Below, piece after piece: positions 25,706 to 33,671 of a stretch of DNA of 64,000 bases. The stretch's first letter is position 1. Every line of letters starts with the position of its first letter. The DNA is taken from the sequence record PV261925.1; one strand, given 5' to 3'. The translations under genes were made by a program, and so were the position numbers. The notes beneath the pieces were generated by a model. That model was not told where the DNA came from. It was given only the letters and a program-made list of their open reading frames with translations, and ran no database searches.

Positions 25706-25865
25706 ATTGAACAGGAGTTTGTCTTGAAACTCGTTTGATTACATCTTTGGTAATCTCCTGTTTCATTTCTTCCTTTTCTCTTTCCTGTTCTTTCTTGTCT
25801 CTTTCAGCATCGATCTTAGCCTGAGCCTGTTGTGCCTTTGACTGAAATTGATTGTAGTTATTCAT
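25704..25865 (-). CDS. Small coiled-coil protein (53 aa)
   Basis: MNNYNQFQSKAQQAQAKIDAERDKKEQEREKEEMKQEITKDVIKRVSRQTPVQ. Confidence 0.65.
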   Translation of the reverse strand: MNNYNQFQSKAQQAQAKIDAERDKKEQEREKEEMKQEITKDVIKRVSRQTPVQ

Positions 25866-26017
25866 GGCAATACTACCCAGACTTTGTTACCATTTTTCAT
25901 TGTAGTATGGTTATCAACATATTGTTTTGCTCTCACAATTGTCATACCATGGTTAGTTCTCAGATAAGATCTTGCTTCTGTGACTGTATTAAACAGTCGC
26001 ATCATCTTCTGTGTCAT
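25862..26017 (-). CDS. Small hypothetical protein (51 aa)
   Basis: MTQKMMRLFNTVTEARSYL...KVWVVLP; ATGA overlaps. Confidence 0.65.
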   Translation of the reverse strand: MTQKMMRLFNTVTEARSYLRTNHGMTIVRAKQYVDNHTTMKNGNKVWVVLP

Positions 26018-26676
26018 TTTAGAGCCTTTGCAGCAGCATGTGCTTTTGCGGTCAGTTGAATTGCCTCTTTCTTGTTTGGTTTTCTACCATGTTTCTTCTC
26101 AAAGTCAGCACGAAGTTGTGACTTTACATCTTTTCTACTCTTACCTGTCTCTTTATTACGAGCAGCATCTCTTTCTTTTCTTGTCATACCACCACCATCG
26201 TCAGTCTTCCAACTACGACGTGCTTTTGCTGGTTCAGTCTTCTTAGGTTCTGCCTTCTTAGTCTTCAACATCTGAGTTGCTTTCTTTTCAGCATCTTTAG
26301 TTGATGTGGTGTCTTTCTTAACTTCAGTACCTGCCTTTCTTGCAGCAATACGTGCTCTTGCTGCTGCCTTTCTTTCTGCCTTTGCCTTATCCGCATAAGT
26401 TTGTTTGACTTCTGCAGAACCACGTTCTTTTTCAGGTTGTTGTTCTCTTTCAGAACGTGCCTTAGTTGTACCTACGTCTTTACGAGTCTTATATTCACCA
26501 ACAGGTGCCATCTTACCACCACCAACTGCCTTCATTCGTGGTGATTGACCAGCCTTTCTTCTTGTTTCAGTTTCTCTCTTAGGTTGTTTCCTACCACCTT
26601 CACCAGTTCTACGAATCTGTGCACCTTTGAGGTCAGGATCGTATGCTTCTGATAGGAAATCTCTTAATGTTTTCAT
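26014..26676 (-). CDS. Highly basic protein, possible internal head protein
   Basis: MKTLRDFLSEA N-terminus, K/R/A-rich body, downstream of a late promoter. Confidence 0.7.
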   Translation of the reverse strand: MKTLRDFLSEAYDPDLKGAQIRRTGEGGRKQPKRETETRRKAGQSPRMKAVGGGKMAPVGEYKTRKDVGTTKARSEREQQPEKERGSAEVKQTYADKAKAERKAAARARIAARKAGTEVKKDTTSTKDAEKKATQMLKTKKAEPKKTEPAKARRSWKTDDGGGMTRKERDAARNKETGKSRKDVKSQLRADFEKKHGRKPNKKEAIQLTAKAHAAAKALK

Positions 26677-26864
26677 TCTTCTACGACCGTAGCATTTTTG
26701 AACCCACCAGTCTTACCATCAACGTTGGCAACCTTTGCATCTAAACCCTCACGGGTTGCATAAGTTACTTTTTCTGATGATTGATCAGACCATCTATTAC
26801 CACCAGCATAATATACTGTAATACTAGGATCAATCAATGATGGTTTAGTTGCGTAAAAGGCCAT
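26673..26864 (-). CDS. Hypothetical late protein
   Basis: ORF track; TAAATA at 26887-26892. Confidence 0.75.
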   Translation of the reverse strand: MAFYATKPSLIDPSITVYYAGGNRWSDQSSEKVTYATREGLDAKVANVDGKTGGFKNATVVEE

Positions 26865-26907
26865 GATTGGAGGGTGATAATATGATTATTTATCACCCTT
26901 GGTATTA

Positions 26908-27084
26908 TCAGGAGAAGAAACAGTCAGGTACCGACAAGTCTTCCACATAAGCCTCGATAGATTCATTACCCTGAACATCAAGAACTTTTTCCCAATCGAT
27001 ATTATGAGGATTGAAATCGTCCATTACATCTAACTCGAGCGTGACACGATACTTGGTCTTTTGAGGAAGATAAGTGGCAGACAT
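26908..27084 (-). CDS. Small acidic hypothetical protein (58 aa)
   Basis: MSATYLPQKTKYRVTLELDVMDDFNPHNIDWEKVLDV...; downstream of the promoter at 27111-27139. Confidence 0.7.
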   Translation of the reverse strand: MSATYLPQKTKYRVTLELDVMDDFNPHNIDWEKVLDVQGNESIEAYVEDLSVPDCFFS

Positions 27085-27110
27085 GAGAACTCCTGATTGA
27101 CTACCTTAAA

Positions 27111-27139
27111 ACTATAGTCTATTTAGGAGCAGGTGTCAA
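27111..27139 (-). promoter_or_regulatory. Sigma70-type early promoter
   Basis: TTGACA-N17-TATAGT. Confidence 0.8.
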
Positions 27140-27322
27140 GGGAATCGTGCCAGTGTTACAACTGTCTACTGAGTTCCAGTGACGTGCGACACCAGCGACA
27201 ATAAAACAGTTTGTGATGAAATAAGTAACAAAAACCACAGTCCTAATGACAGCGATATAATCAGCTTCCCGATCCGTTCGTCCATCTTTTCTACCTAATG
27301 CAAGTGACCATATTCTCCACAT
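27119..27322 (-). CDS. Small membrane protein
   Basis: MWRIWSLALGRK..ADYIAVIRT..NCFIVAGV. Confidence 0.7.
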   Translation of the reverse strand: MWRIWSLALGRKDGRTDREADYIAVIRTVVFVTYFITNCFIVAGVARHWNSVDSCNTGTIPLTPAPK

Positions 27323-27549
27323 TACCAGCCAGGAGGAACGACGACAATATCTTTATAGTAATCCATATTATACCAATAACAATCTAAAAGACGAAGTTCA
27401 TCTGTGGGATTAAGAATATCGTATGGATTTAACTGAGTAAATTCACTACAATGTTGAATAATTTCTTGTGGAACTTCAATCTCTCTCCAAGTAATTGGTT
27501 CTTGAATATAAATTGGAATCATTTGATGTAACCATTTTCTAACAACCAC
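27322..27549 (-). CDS. Hypothetical protein
   Basis: ORF track. Confidence 0.55.
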   Translation of the reverse strand: MVVRKWLHQMIPIYIQEPITWREIEVPQEIIQHCSEFTQLNPYDILNPTDELRLLDCYWYNMDYYKDIVVVPPGW

Positions 27550-28193
27550 TCTTTAGTCTTTGGTGTTGGTGTATATGTTTCCCACATATTACCTTTGGCA
27601 CAAGCAGTCAATGCTTTTTGTGTCATTCCTTCAGTACGTCCTGCCCATTGTGCTTCTGCCTCCCAGGGCACTGCGGATGCGGGATAGGTACGTTCAACCA
27701 TCACACGCCACAACATAGGAACATCTTCCTCTGGCAAAATAATGGCGATCAAACTATTCTTGATTGTTCCAGCCATACAATCCTGTGCAGCATGCCATCC
27801 TTCATGTCTCATCAACTGCATCAAGACACTTGGATCACCCATGTAATCTTTATTCAGGTAGAAATTATTAGTTACAGTGTGATATACACCACGATGATTC
27901 TTTGGAAAATATTTTTGATCTGCTAGATATACATTGACACCAATTTGATTCAGTGTCATCAACAGAGTATTAAACTCAAGAGAAACTGATGAAAATTCTT
28001 CAGTGTTAGGGTACTGACTTGAAATATCGAGAAGACTAAAGACTTCATTCACGTCTTTTGTACACTCTCTTACAATCATACAACCCATGGCATCCATGGT
28101 ATTGTACCCTTTAGTAATCTTTGTCTCATTAGCCATTGCTGGAGGGACGATCAACAGTGATAGTCCTAATAAAACATTGCGAATTTTCATCAT
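27519..28193 (-). CDS. Secreted HExxH zinc-metallopeptidase-like protein
   Basis: Signal peptide ..LLGLSLLIVPPAMA; MRHEGWHAAQDCMAG; downstream WEAEA. Confidence 0.65.
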   Translation of the reverse strand: MMKIRNVLLGLSLLIVPPAMANETKITKGYNTMDAMGCMIVRECTKDVNEVFSLLDISSQYPNTEEFSSVSLEFNTLLMTLNQIGVNVYLADQKYFPKNHRGVYHTVTNNFYLNKDYMGDPSVLMQLMRHEGWHAAQDCMAGTIKNSLIAIILPEEDVPMLWRVMVERTYPASAVPWEAEAQWAGRTEGMTQKALTACAKGNMWETYTPTPKTKEWLLENGYIK

Positions 28194-28449
28194 TAGATTC
28201 TCTCGTTTTAATATATTCTAATTCATCCCAAAATTGTGATTGACAGACGACTAGAATGTGATCATTACAGTGTAACTTATTTTTGACAATATTACAATAG
28301 GGTTTAGGTTTGACACCAACTTCAATGGTAATATAGTCATCACACTTGAAATATACCCAACCCTCATCACACAAATTATTGTGATGCCACTTCACATAAT
28401 CATTAACCTGAACATCAAATGTTTTCATTGTGGATATTTGGTGCTCCAA
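28129..28449 (-). CDS. Hypothetical protein
   Basis: EGWVYFKCDDYITIEVGVK motif. Confidence 0.7.
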   Translation of the reverse strand: MEHQISTMKTFDVQVNDYVKWHHNNLCDEGWVYFKCDDYITIEVGVKPKPYCNIVKNKLHCNDHILVVCQSQFWDELEYIKTRESNDENSQCFIRTITVDRPSSNG

Positions 28450-28618
28450 TAAGAGAAATTGTTTCTTGTTGTTTGAAGTACAGTTTAACGTAACAACGAA
28501 GAGCTTCTTTTAACACTACTACATCACTACATTCATCAATATCACGTGAAATCTTCTCGTATGCAAACGATTTAGATGGTGATTCTAATGTGATTTGTGA
28601 TGGGTCTAAGTCTTTCAT
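28415..28618 (-). CDS. Hypothetical protein
   Basis: ORF track. Confidence 0.7.
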   Translation of the reverse strand: MKDLDPSQITLESPSKSFAYEKISRDIDECSDVVVLKEALRCYVKLYFKQQETISLIGAPNIHNENI

Positions 28619-28908
28619 TGAAATGCTGACATGAGTGGATTGAGGTTCAACTGCATGGCAGAATACGGTGTTGTGTCTTCTGGTTTTACAATTTTACCTA
28701 TTTTGTCTTTGTGAATAGGAGCTTTAAATTGTTTAGTCTTTTGACAGAAAAAACCCCATACTGATTTAGGATGTGGATCTGAACATCCTACGAATTCATA
28801 TTTACAATTACGAATCCAAATGCGAATTACAGTTTTCGAAAATTGATCGGTCTCGTATTTGAAACCTTCAGGACACTTGTGAGGAAATTTCATAATCACG
28901 TTCTTCAT
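28615..28908 (-). CDS. Hypothetical protein
   Basis: FPHKCPEG...SVWGF...TTPYSAMQLNLNPL. Confidence 0.75.
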   Translation of the reverse strand: MKNVIMKFPHKCPEGFKYETDQFSKTVIRIWIRNCKYEFVGCSDPHPKSVWGFFCQKTKQFKAPIHKDKIGKIVKPEDTTPYSAMQLNLNPLMSAFQ

Positions 28909-29101
28909 TTTGATAAGAGTACAGAAGATCTAACATCTTCCGACGCCATTCCATCAATTCTTCGAAACATTCCTGATTGTGAGCACAACCACGAAGTTTA
29001 CTGTCTGGTTTGAGGACACTCTCAATCATAAGACCAAGAGCTCTTTTTTCAGGATCAGTCATCGAAAACTTTACATTGTGGAGCTGAGGGGTGGGTATCA
29101 C
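28868..29101 (-). CDS. Hypothetical protein
   Basis: ALGLMIESVLKPDSKLRGCAHNQECF. Confidence 0.7.
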   Translation of the reverse strand: MIPTPQLHNVKFSMTDPEKRALGLMIESVLKPDSKLRGCAHNQECFEELMEWRRKMLDLLYSYQNEERDYEISSQVS

Positions 29102-29255
29102 AAAAACTATCTAATTGTTTGTCTTTGTGACGTTCATGCCAATCATCAATCTTCCCTGAATTTGGGTCTACCTCATCTTCTGAATGAGGTTCATTTGCGT
29201 GAAAATCAACTTCGTACTCTGCGTACTTATCGTTGGGATCGTTTTCTTTTGTCAT
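29055..29255 (-). CDS. CP12-like protein (C-terminal Cys-pair motif)
   Basis: C-terminus LDSFCDTHPSAPQCKVFDD matches the CP12 C-x8-C..(Y/F)DD pattern; N-terminus is atypical. Confidence 0.55.
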   Translation of the reverse strand: MTKENDPNDKYAEYEVDFHANEPHSEDEVDPNSGKIDDWHERHKDKQLDSFCDTHPSAPQCKVFDD

Positions 29256-29485
29256 GTTAGGAAACTCTCTACAACTTCAGATGGTGCATCACCAACCAAT
29301 TCATATTTATTTGAATGACTGATGTTCTCCCTGAGTTTACCATAAAATTCAGGATATAACTCATTATCTGCTGATGTAATCAAATCAAAACATTCCTCAT
29401 CATCAGATGCTCTGACTACCCACAAACCACCATATTCTGATTGTGGAAAGGGTACATAATGATCCACAGTGTAGAGGTACTTCAT
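29252..29485 (-). CDS. Hypothetical protein
   Basis: YVPFPQSEYGGLWVV motif. Confidence 0.75.
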   Translation of the reverse strand: MKYLYTVDHYVPFPQSEYGGLWVVRASDDEECFDLITSADNELYPEFYGKLRENISHSNKYELVGDAPSEVVESFLT

Positions 29486-29519
29486 TTACTCCTGTAATTT
29501 TTCGTAAACTATAGTTGAT

Positions 29520-29684
29520 TTATACAGAAATGTCAAGACATTTCATTTGACGTTCAAATTCATATTTGAGTTTATACAATTTACTTTGAATATAACTTTC
29601 ATACTCCATCTCCTCGGTTAATGCAAGAAGATTTTCCACTTGAGCATGTGCAATCACAAGTTTTTGTTTCGGGTCGAGTTTCAT
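29520..29684 (-). CDS. Hypothetical protein
   Basis: Likely start MKLDPKQK at 29684. Confidence 0.6.
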   Translation of the reverse strand: MKLDPKQKLVIAHAQVENLLALTEEMEYESYIQSKLYKLKYEFERQMKCLDISV

Positions 29685-29826
29685 TATTTTGAAGTTTTTG
29701 AACAAGGTAATCTGCGAATGCCTCCATCCGATCAGGATGAATGGCGGTGATACTTGCCTCTTTGACAGCAATTTCCATTGAATCAATCTCTTTCTTTGAG
29801 AGATCATTTCCCTTAGGCATTGTCAT
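29599..29826 (-). CDS. Hypothetical protein
   Basis: AIHPDRMEAFADYLV motif. Confidence 0.6.
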   Translation of the reverse strand: MTMPKGNDLSKKEIDSMEIAVKEASITAIHPDRMEAFADYLVQKLQNNETRPETKTCDCTCSSGKSSCINRGDGV

Positions 29827-29837
29827 GGAATCAACAC

Positions 29838-29981
29838 TCAGTTGTTGAAATATTTACATATTTCAGAGTATAGGTCTACCTTTTTGTAAGTCTTCTTTAC
29901 ATTGTGGTAGGGATGAAATCTTTTCTTCCATCCTTCCTCCTCTGAAGTCTCTAATTCCTTACGAATCTCTTCGTAATTCAT
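29838..29981 (-). CDS. Small hypothetical protein (47 aa)
   Basis: MNYEEIRKELETSEEEGWKKRFHPYHNVKKTYKKVDLYSEICKYFNN. Confidence 0.5.
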   Translation of the reverse strand: MNYEEIRKELETSEEEGWKKRFHPYHNVKKTYKKVDLYSEICKYFNN

Positions 29982-30172
29982 TTGATCACCATCCAGTTAG
30001 GGTCATTTTGTTTTTGAAACCAGAAACTGTAATTTCCAGTAATAGAACTCAGGAACATACTGTCCTCTTTCTCTTGTTCTACACGACAACTGTGTAGTTC
30101 ATTCATTAGATTTGCAAATCGGTTCTTTGCTTTATTTGATTTTGGTTGTACACAAATGAACTTGGTCTTCAT
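29978..30172 (-). CDS. Hypothetical protein
   Basis: VQPKSNKAKNRFANLM motif. Confidence 0.75.
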   Translation of the reverse strand: MKTKFICVQPKSNKAKNRFANLMNELHSCRVEQEKEDSMFLSSITGNYSFWFQKQNDPNWMVIK

Positions 30173-30218
30173 GGTCTTAATAACTTAAAGGATCCTCATC
30201 TTCCAGGACAAGCCTATT

Positions 30219-30557
30219 CTAGTCCTGATTGTTGTACTTGTCAAGTAACAAGTTTTCTGATAGATTAGCACATATCTCACATCGTGGAATACCCATCAAA
30301 TGTTGGTACATGTGATAACACTCATGGAGTAATGTCTTAGTGTGTTCATCACCCCTTAGATTTTCATCGATTTGAATGACAAACTCATTGTCTTGTTCTC
30401 TCATACACCAACCATCAACACCTTCATCAGATAGGTCCATATAGACCACTGTAAGGTCTACACCATGGTCAGACAGATATTCTGTCATGAACCACTCTAG
30501 AAGGGGTTTACAAGACGGTACAGGTGTAAATGACGGGACAACTTCAATAGAATGCAT
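30219..30557 (-). CDS. HExxH metallopeptidase-like protein
   Basis: GWCMRE..EFVIQID..TLLHECYHMYQH. Confidence 0.65.
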   Translation of the reverse strand: MHSIEVVPSFTPVPSCKPLLEWFMTEYLSDHGVDLTVVYMDLSDEGVDGWCMREQDNEFVIQIDENLRGDEHTKTLLHECYHMYQHLMGIPRCEICANLSENLLLDKYNNQD

Positions 30558-30645
30558 GTGACAATCCTTGATAGACAACTCTGGTACCCCAATTCATCAT
30601 CCACATAAAGGATGCGATGAATATTAGTTTGTGTGTGGTGGTCAT
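30544..30645 (-). CDS. Small membrane peptide (33 aa)
   Basis: MTTTHKLIFIASFMWMMNWGTRVVYQGLSHAFY. Confidence 0.55.
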   Translation of the reverse strand: MTTTHKLIFIASFMWMMNWGTRVVYQGLSHAFY

Positions 30646-30666
30646 CTCCCTTAGGTAACTGAGCAT

Positions 30667-30722
30667 ACTATAAGACCTCCAGAGGTCATCTGGAGGTCAG
30701 GTGTGACAGTTTGTCAAGTGGT
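30667..30722 (-). promoter_or_regulatory. Early promoter with embedded stem-loop at the late/early boundary
   Basis: TATAGT at 30667-30672; 10-bp hairpin GACCTCCAGA/TCTGGAGGTC at 30674-30698; CCACTTGACAAACTGTCACAC upstream. Confidence 0.65.
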
Positions 30723-30806
30723 TTCGGATAATCCAGAGGATAAAACAGGTTTAGACATAGTTTTTAGCCGTTGCGGGATAGATTTTAAGATAATCCGTTT
30801 GTAATT

Positions 30807-31754
30807 TTATTCGGTATAATACTCGATCTGCGTGCGTAATTGAGTATTAGTTGAGCTAGTTAAATGCTGGTAATCTAGTTGGTCGTAGCCTGTATCGTTA
30901 AGGTCACAACCAAAAAAAGCAATAGTAGTATTGCTATCTATGTAAGAAATAAGAAAATCTCTTGTCATGCTAACAAAACGCAAAAACACAGGACCAACAT
31001 TTTGCTGTGAATAGCTTGCCCTAGCAAACGGTAGCCCGCCAATTGTGACACCATCAGTACTGGTAATGTTGCTGAATTGATAAAAAATACCGCTAATACT
31101 TACTTTATTTCCAATTTTTATGTAACGACATTGAGCGTTGTTTGTGTTTAAAGTTCCTTGTGTTACCGTTGGCGTCCAAGTGCCTTCCTCATAGTCATCG
31201 AGTACTTCACTGGTCGTAGTTCCACTGCCATCAGCAGTCGCAGAGAAGTCAATACCACCACCACTAGGGAATTTTAAGTCTCCACCAGTTGTAAATCTGG
31301 CTATTTCAGAACCACCAGTACCAGCATCATTTCTGGTTCTGAAGACCATTTCTGCATCATTTGAAGGGTTTCCACCTACTACAATTTCCCATGATGTATT
31401 ATCTACATTTGCATTTCTAGCCTGAAGTCTGATTGCAACGTCAGAATTTTGTGATATATGTAAAGCTTTTGTTGGTTCTTCAGTACCAATACCTACGTTG
31501 CCACTTGAATCTACACGAACTCTCTCAGTTCCATTAGTATTAAATGCGAGTTCATTATCAGCAGGGTTAGTAACAGTTGCTCCAGTACCGACTCCAAGTG
31601 ATTGTAATGATGTAATCTGATTCACAGTAATATTACTATTCGAATCAATATCAGCATTTATTGTTGCAATTCCACTGATGACTGCACCATTAGGAAATGT
31701 AGGAGCTCCAGTACCAGCACCATTGACAATGTTATTGGCTCTTATTCTAGACAT
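30807..31754 (-). CDS. Tail fibre / RBP (LDDYEEGT family)
   Basis: GNVGIGT repeats; VLDDYEEGTWTP; YIKIGNKV. Confidence 0.8.
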   Translation of the reverse strand: MSRIRANNIVNGAGTGAPTFPNGAVISGIATINADIDSNSNITVNQITSLQSLGVGTGATVTNPADNELAFNTNGTERVRVDSSGNVGIGTEEPTKALHISQNSDVAIRLQARNANVDNTSWEIVVGGNPSNDAEMVFRTRNDAGTGGSEIARFTTGGDLKFPSGGGIDFSATADGSGTTTSEVLDDYEEGTWTPTVTQGTLNTNNAQCRYIKIGNKVSISGIFYQFSNITSTDGVTIGGLPFARASYSQQNVGPVFLRFVSMTRDFLISYIDSNTTIAFFGCDLNDTGYDQLDYQHLTSSTNTQLRTQIEYYTE

Positions 31755-31773
31755 CTGAAGACTTTTTAGTTAT

Positions 31774-32142
31774 TTAGAGAGAAGAATTGTACTTATCAAC
31801 TTCTTCTTGAACCCAATCAGGAATTGGACCAATAGAAGTTCCACCAGTGATGGTCTTTGGATACTTATCTTTAATTCCTTGAATAGTATCTTTCCAAGTA
31901 GTGGTCCCATTTACTTGATCATGGAACTGCATATCTAATTGATCCTCACGAGATGGATATTCTTGTCGTCTAAGTTCGGAATAAGAAGGTTCAATAACAT
32001 CAGGACCTTCAACTATACCTAATCCATCATTCGATATATCTTCAAGAAATTTGTTGAAATAACGATTATCTCCCACTTTAAAAAATACGTTTTTGGAGAT
32101 AAGTTGAATTACCTTTAAATTTTGTTCTATAATTTTATACAT
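31774..32142 (-). CDS. Putative tail-fibre chaperone
   Basis: YSELRRQEYPSREDQLDM..WKDTIQGIKDKYPK; follows an RBP gene. Confidence 0.7.
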   Translation of the reverse strand: MYKIIEQNLKVIQLISKNVFFKVGDNRYFNKFLEDISNDGLGIVEGPDVIEPSYSELRRQEYPSREDQLDMQFHDQVNGTTTWKDTIQGIKDKYPKTITGGTSIGPIPDWVQEEVDKYNSSL

Positions 32143-32143
32143 T

Positions 32144-33445
32144 TTAGTAATCGGCGTCGAAGGCTACAAAGGAAGTGTCGTCAGAAAATCTCACATAATA
32201 TGGAACGTTAGCAACTAATCCAGAGGCTACATTTGCCTCCATTCCTATCATCCAACCATCTGATTGGGTTGTATAAGTATAAAACTTTGTCATAACAGCT
32301 GATCCAGTCAAATCAAGTTCTTCAAGTCTCATATTATTAAAAGTTGTTGTAGGATCAATTCTCATGGTGGGTAATGCAATTCCACCAAATGCTCTTGTAG
32401 AAGTAAAACCACCCATGATAAATGTTCTTGCTACTCCGTTTGAAAGATTTCTAATCTTTACAAAATATCGCTGACATTTTAATAATTCCTCTGAATATGT
32501 CCTATGCTCAAAAGGTGTTGCCCTTGTGCCTCTTTCTAGTTGGACACCAGTCAATAACCAAGTTGCCCCTGCAGTTTCTAAAACTTTTACACCACCCGTC
32601 AATCCCAGTTGACCCCCAGGAGCAGTTGTACTATATCCAGTTGATAAACTTCTATTTGCCCCTTCTCCCAAATCCCATGATATTAATAACCCACGACTAG
32701 TGGTATTTCCATATGTTCCACTTGTAAATGTTCCTGCAGGTACTGTGACTGTATGACGTTCCCAAGTATTTGTTGCACTTACAGTGTAGGAAAATGTGTA
32801 GGTTGCACTAGGTGCACCCTCGTCTTTAATAGTACCACCAAATGTTCCACTTAGTGATGATTTAACATAAAAAGATAATGTAAATGCTTCAACCTCTGCT
32901 GTGCCTAAGTTCAGACAGTTAACATCATATCCTTCAATACTATAATATATTCTACCAAAATCATCTGCTCCAGGAGAACTCCCACTTCCTACTTCTAGTC
33001 TTAATGAGTGACCAAATCCATCAGGAGCATCATTACTTTGAATTGTAGTATGTCCAGTACCAACATTGGCTTGAATTGTAAACCTGTCAATACAATATTC
33101 GGCACTGGCTGATGCTGTACTAGTAATACCATTATTTCTCTGATCAACCTGCATCCCGCCGTTAATAATAATATTACGGTTACTTAAAGGTCCATTGGTA
33201 GGATATTGTAAGTCATTAATGTATTCAGTGGTAATATTGGTACTACCAATCGTAACTGAACCCTGACCAACTGTCAGAACTCCAGTGATTCTTGCATCTC
33301 CATTTACTGTCAGAGCAGTCTGACCAACTCCAGTCACAGTCGTAATACCGAGACTGGAGATACCAACAACATTCACACCCTCAGAGAATGTGGGTGATCC
33401 AGTTCCTGCCCTATCAGTATATCTGTCAGCTCTTACTCTAGACAT
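32144..33445 (-). CDS. Tail fibre / RBP (NRNxIING...CQRY family, copy 1)
   Basis: GPLSNRNIIINGGM...GVQLERGTRATPFEHRTYSEELLKCQRY. Confidence 0.8.
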   Translation of the reverse strand: MSRVRADRYTDRAGTGSPTFSEGVNVVGISSLGITTVTGVGQTALTVNGDARITGVLTVGQGSVTIGSTNITTEYINDLQYPTNGPLSNRNIIINGGMQVDQRNNGITSTASASAEYCIDRFTIQANVGTGHTTIQSNDAPDGFGHSLRLEVGSGSSPGADDFGRIYYSIEGYDVNCLNLGTAEVEAFTLSFYVKSSLSGTFGGTIKDEGAPSATYTFSYTVSATNTWERHTVTVPAGTFTSGTYGNTTSRGLLISWDLGEGANRSLSTGYSTTAPGGQLGLTGGVKVLETAGATWLLTGVQLERGTRATPFEHRTYSEELLKCQRYFVKIRNLSNGVARTFIMGGFTSTRAFGGIALPTMRIDPTTTFNNMRLEELDLTGSAVMTKFYTYTTQSDGWMIGMEANVASGLVANVPYYVRFSDDTSFVAFDADY

Positions 33446-33464
33446 TGTGAAACTTTTTAGTTAT

Positions 33465-33629
33465 TTATTCAGGGTCAGCAGGTAGTGGTGTGTTGCCTTC
33501 GGCTAGCCATTCTAGATATCTCTGGTATTCGGAGTTGTTCTCATCATTCGGAACGTAAAATTTAAAATTGTTTCTTTGATAAACAACTCCAATTTGCTCC
33601 CCTTGATTGTTATTGTGAATTTTATACAT
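33465..33629 (-). CDS. Small tail-fibre-associated protein (YLEW.AEGNTP family, 54 aa)
   Basis: Manual translation ending VPNDENNSEYQRYLEWLAEGNTPLPADPE. Confidence 0.8.
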   Translation of the reverse strand: MYKIHNNNQGEQIGVVYQRNNFKFYVPNDENNSEYQRYLEWLAEGNTPLPADPE

Positions 33630-33671
33630 TAATTGGACTCCTTAAATTGTCAATGTAAATTTTGTACATGA

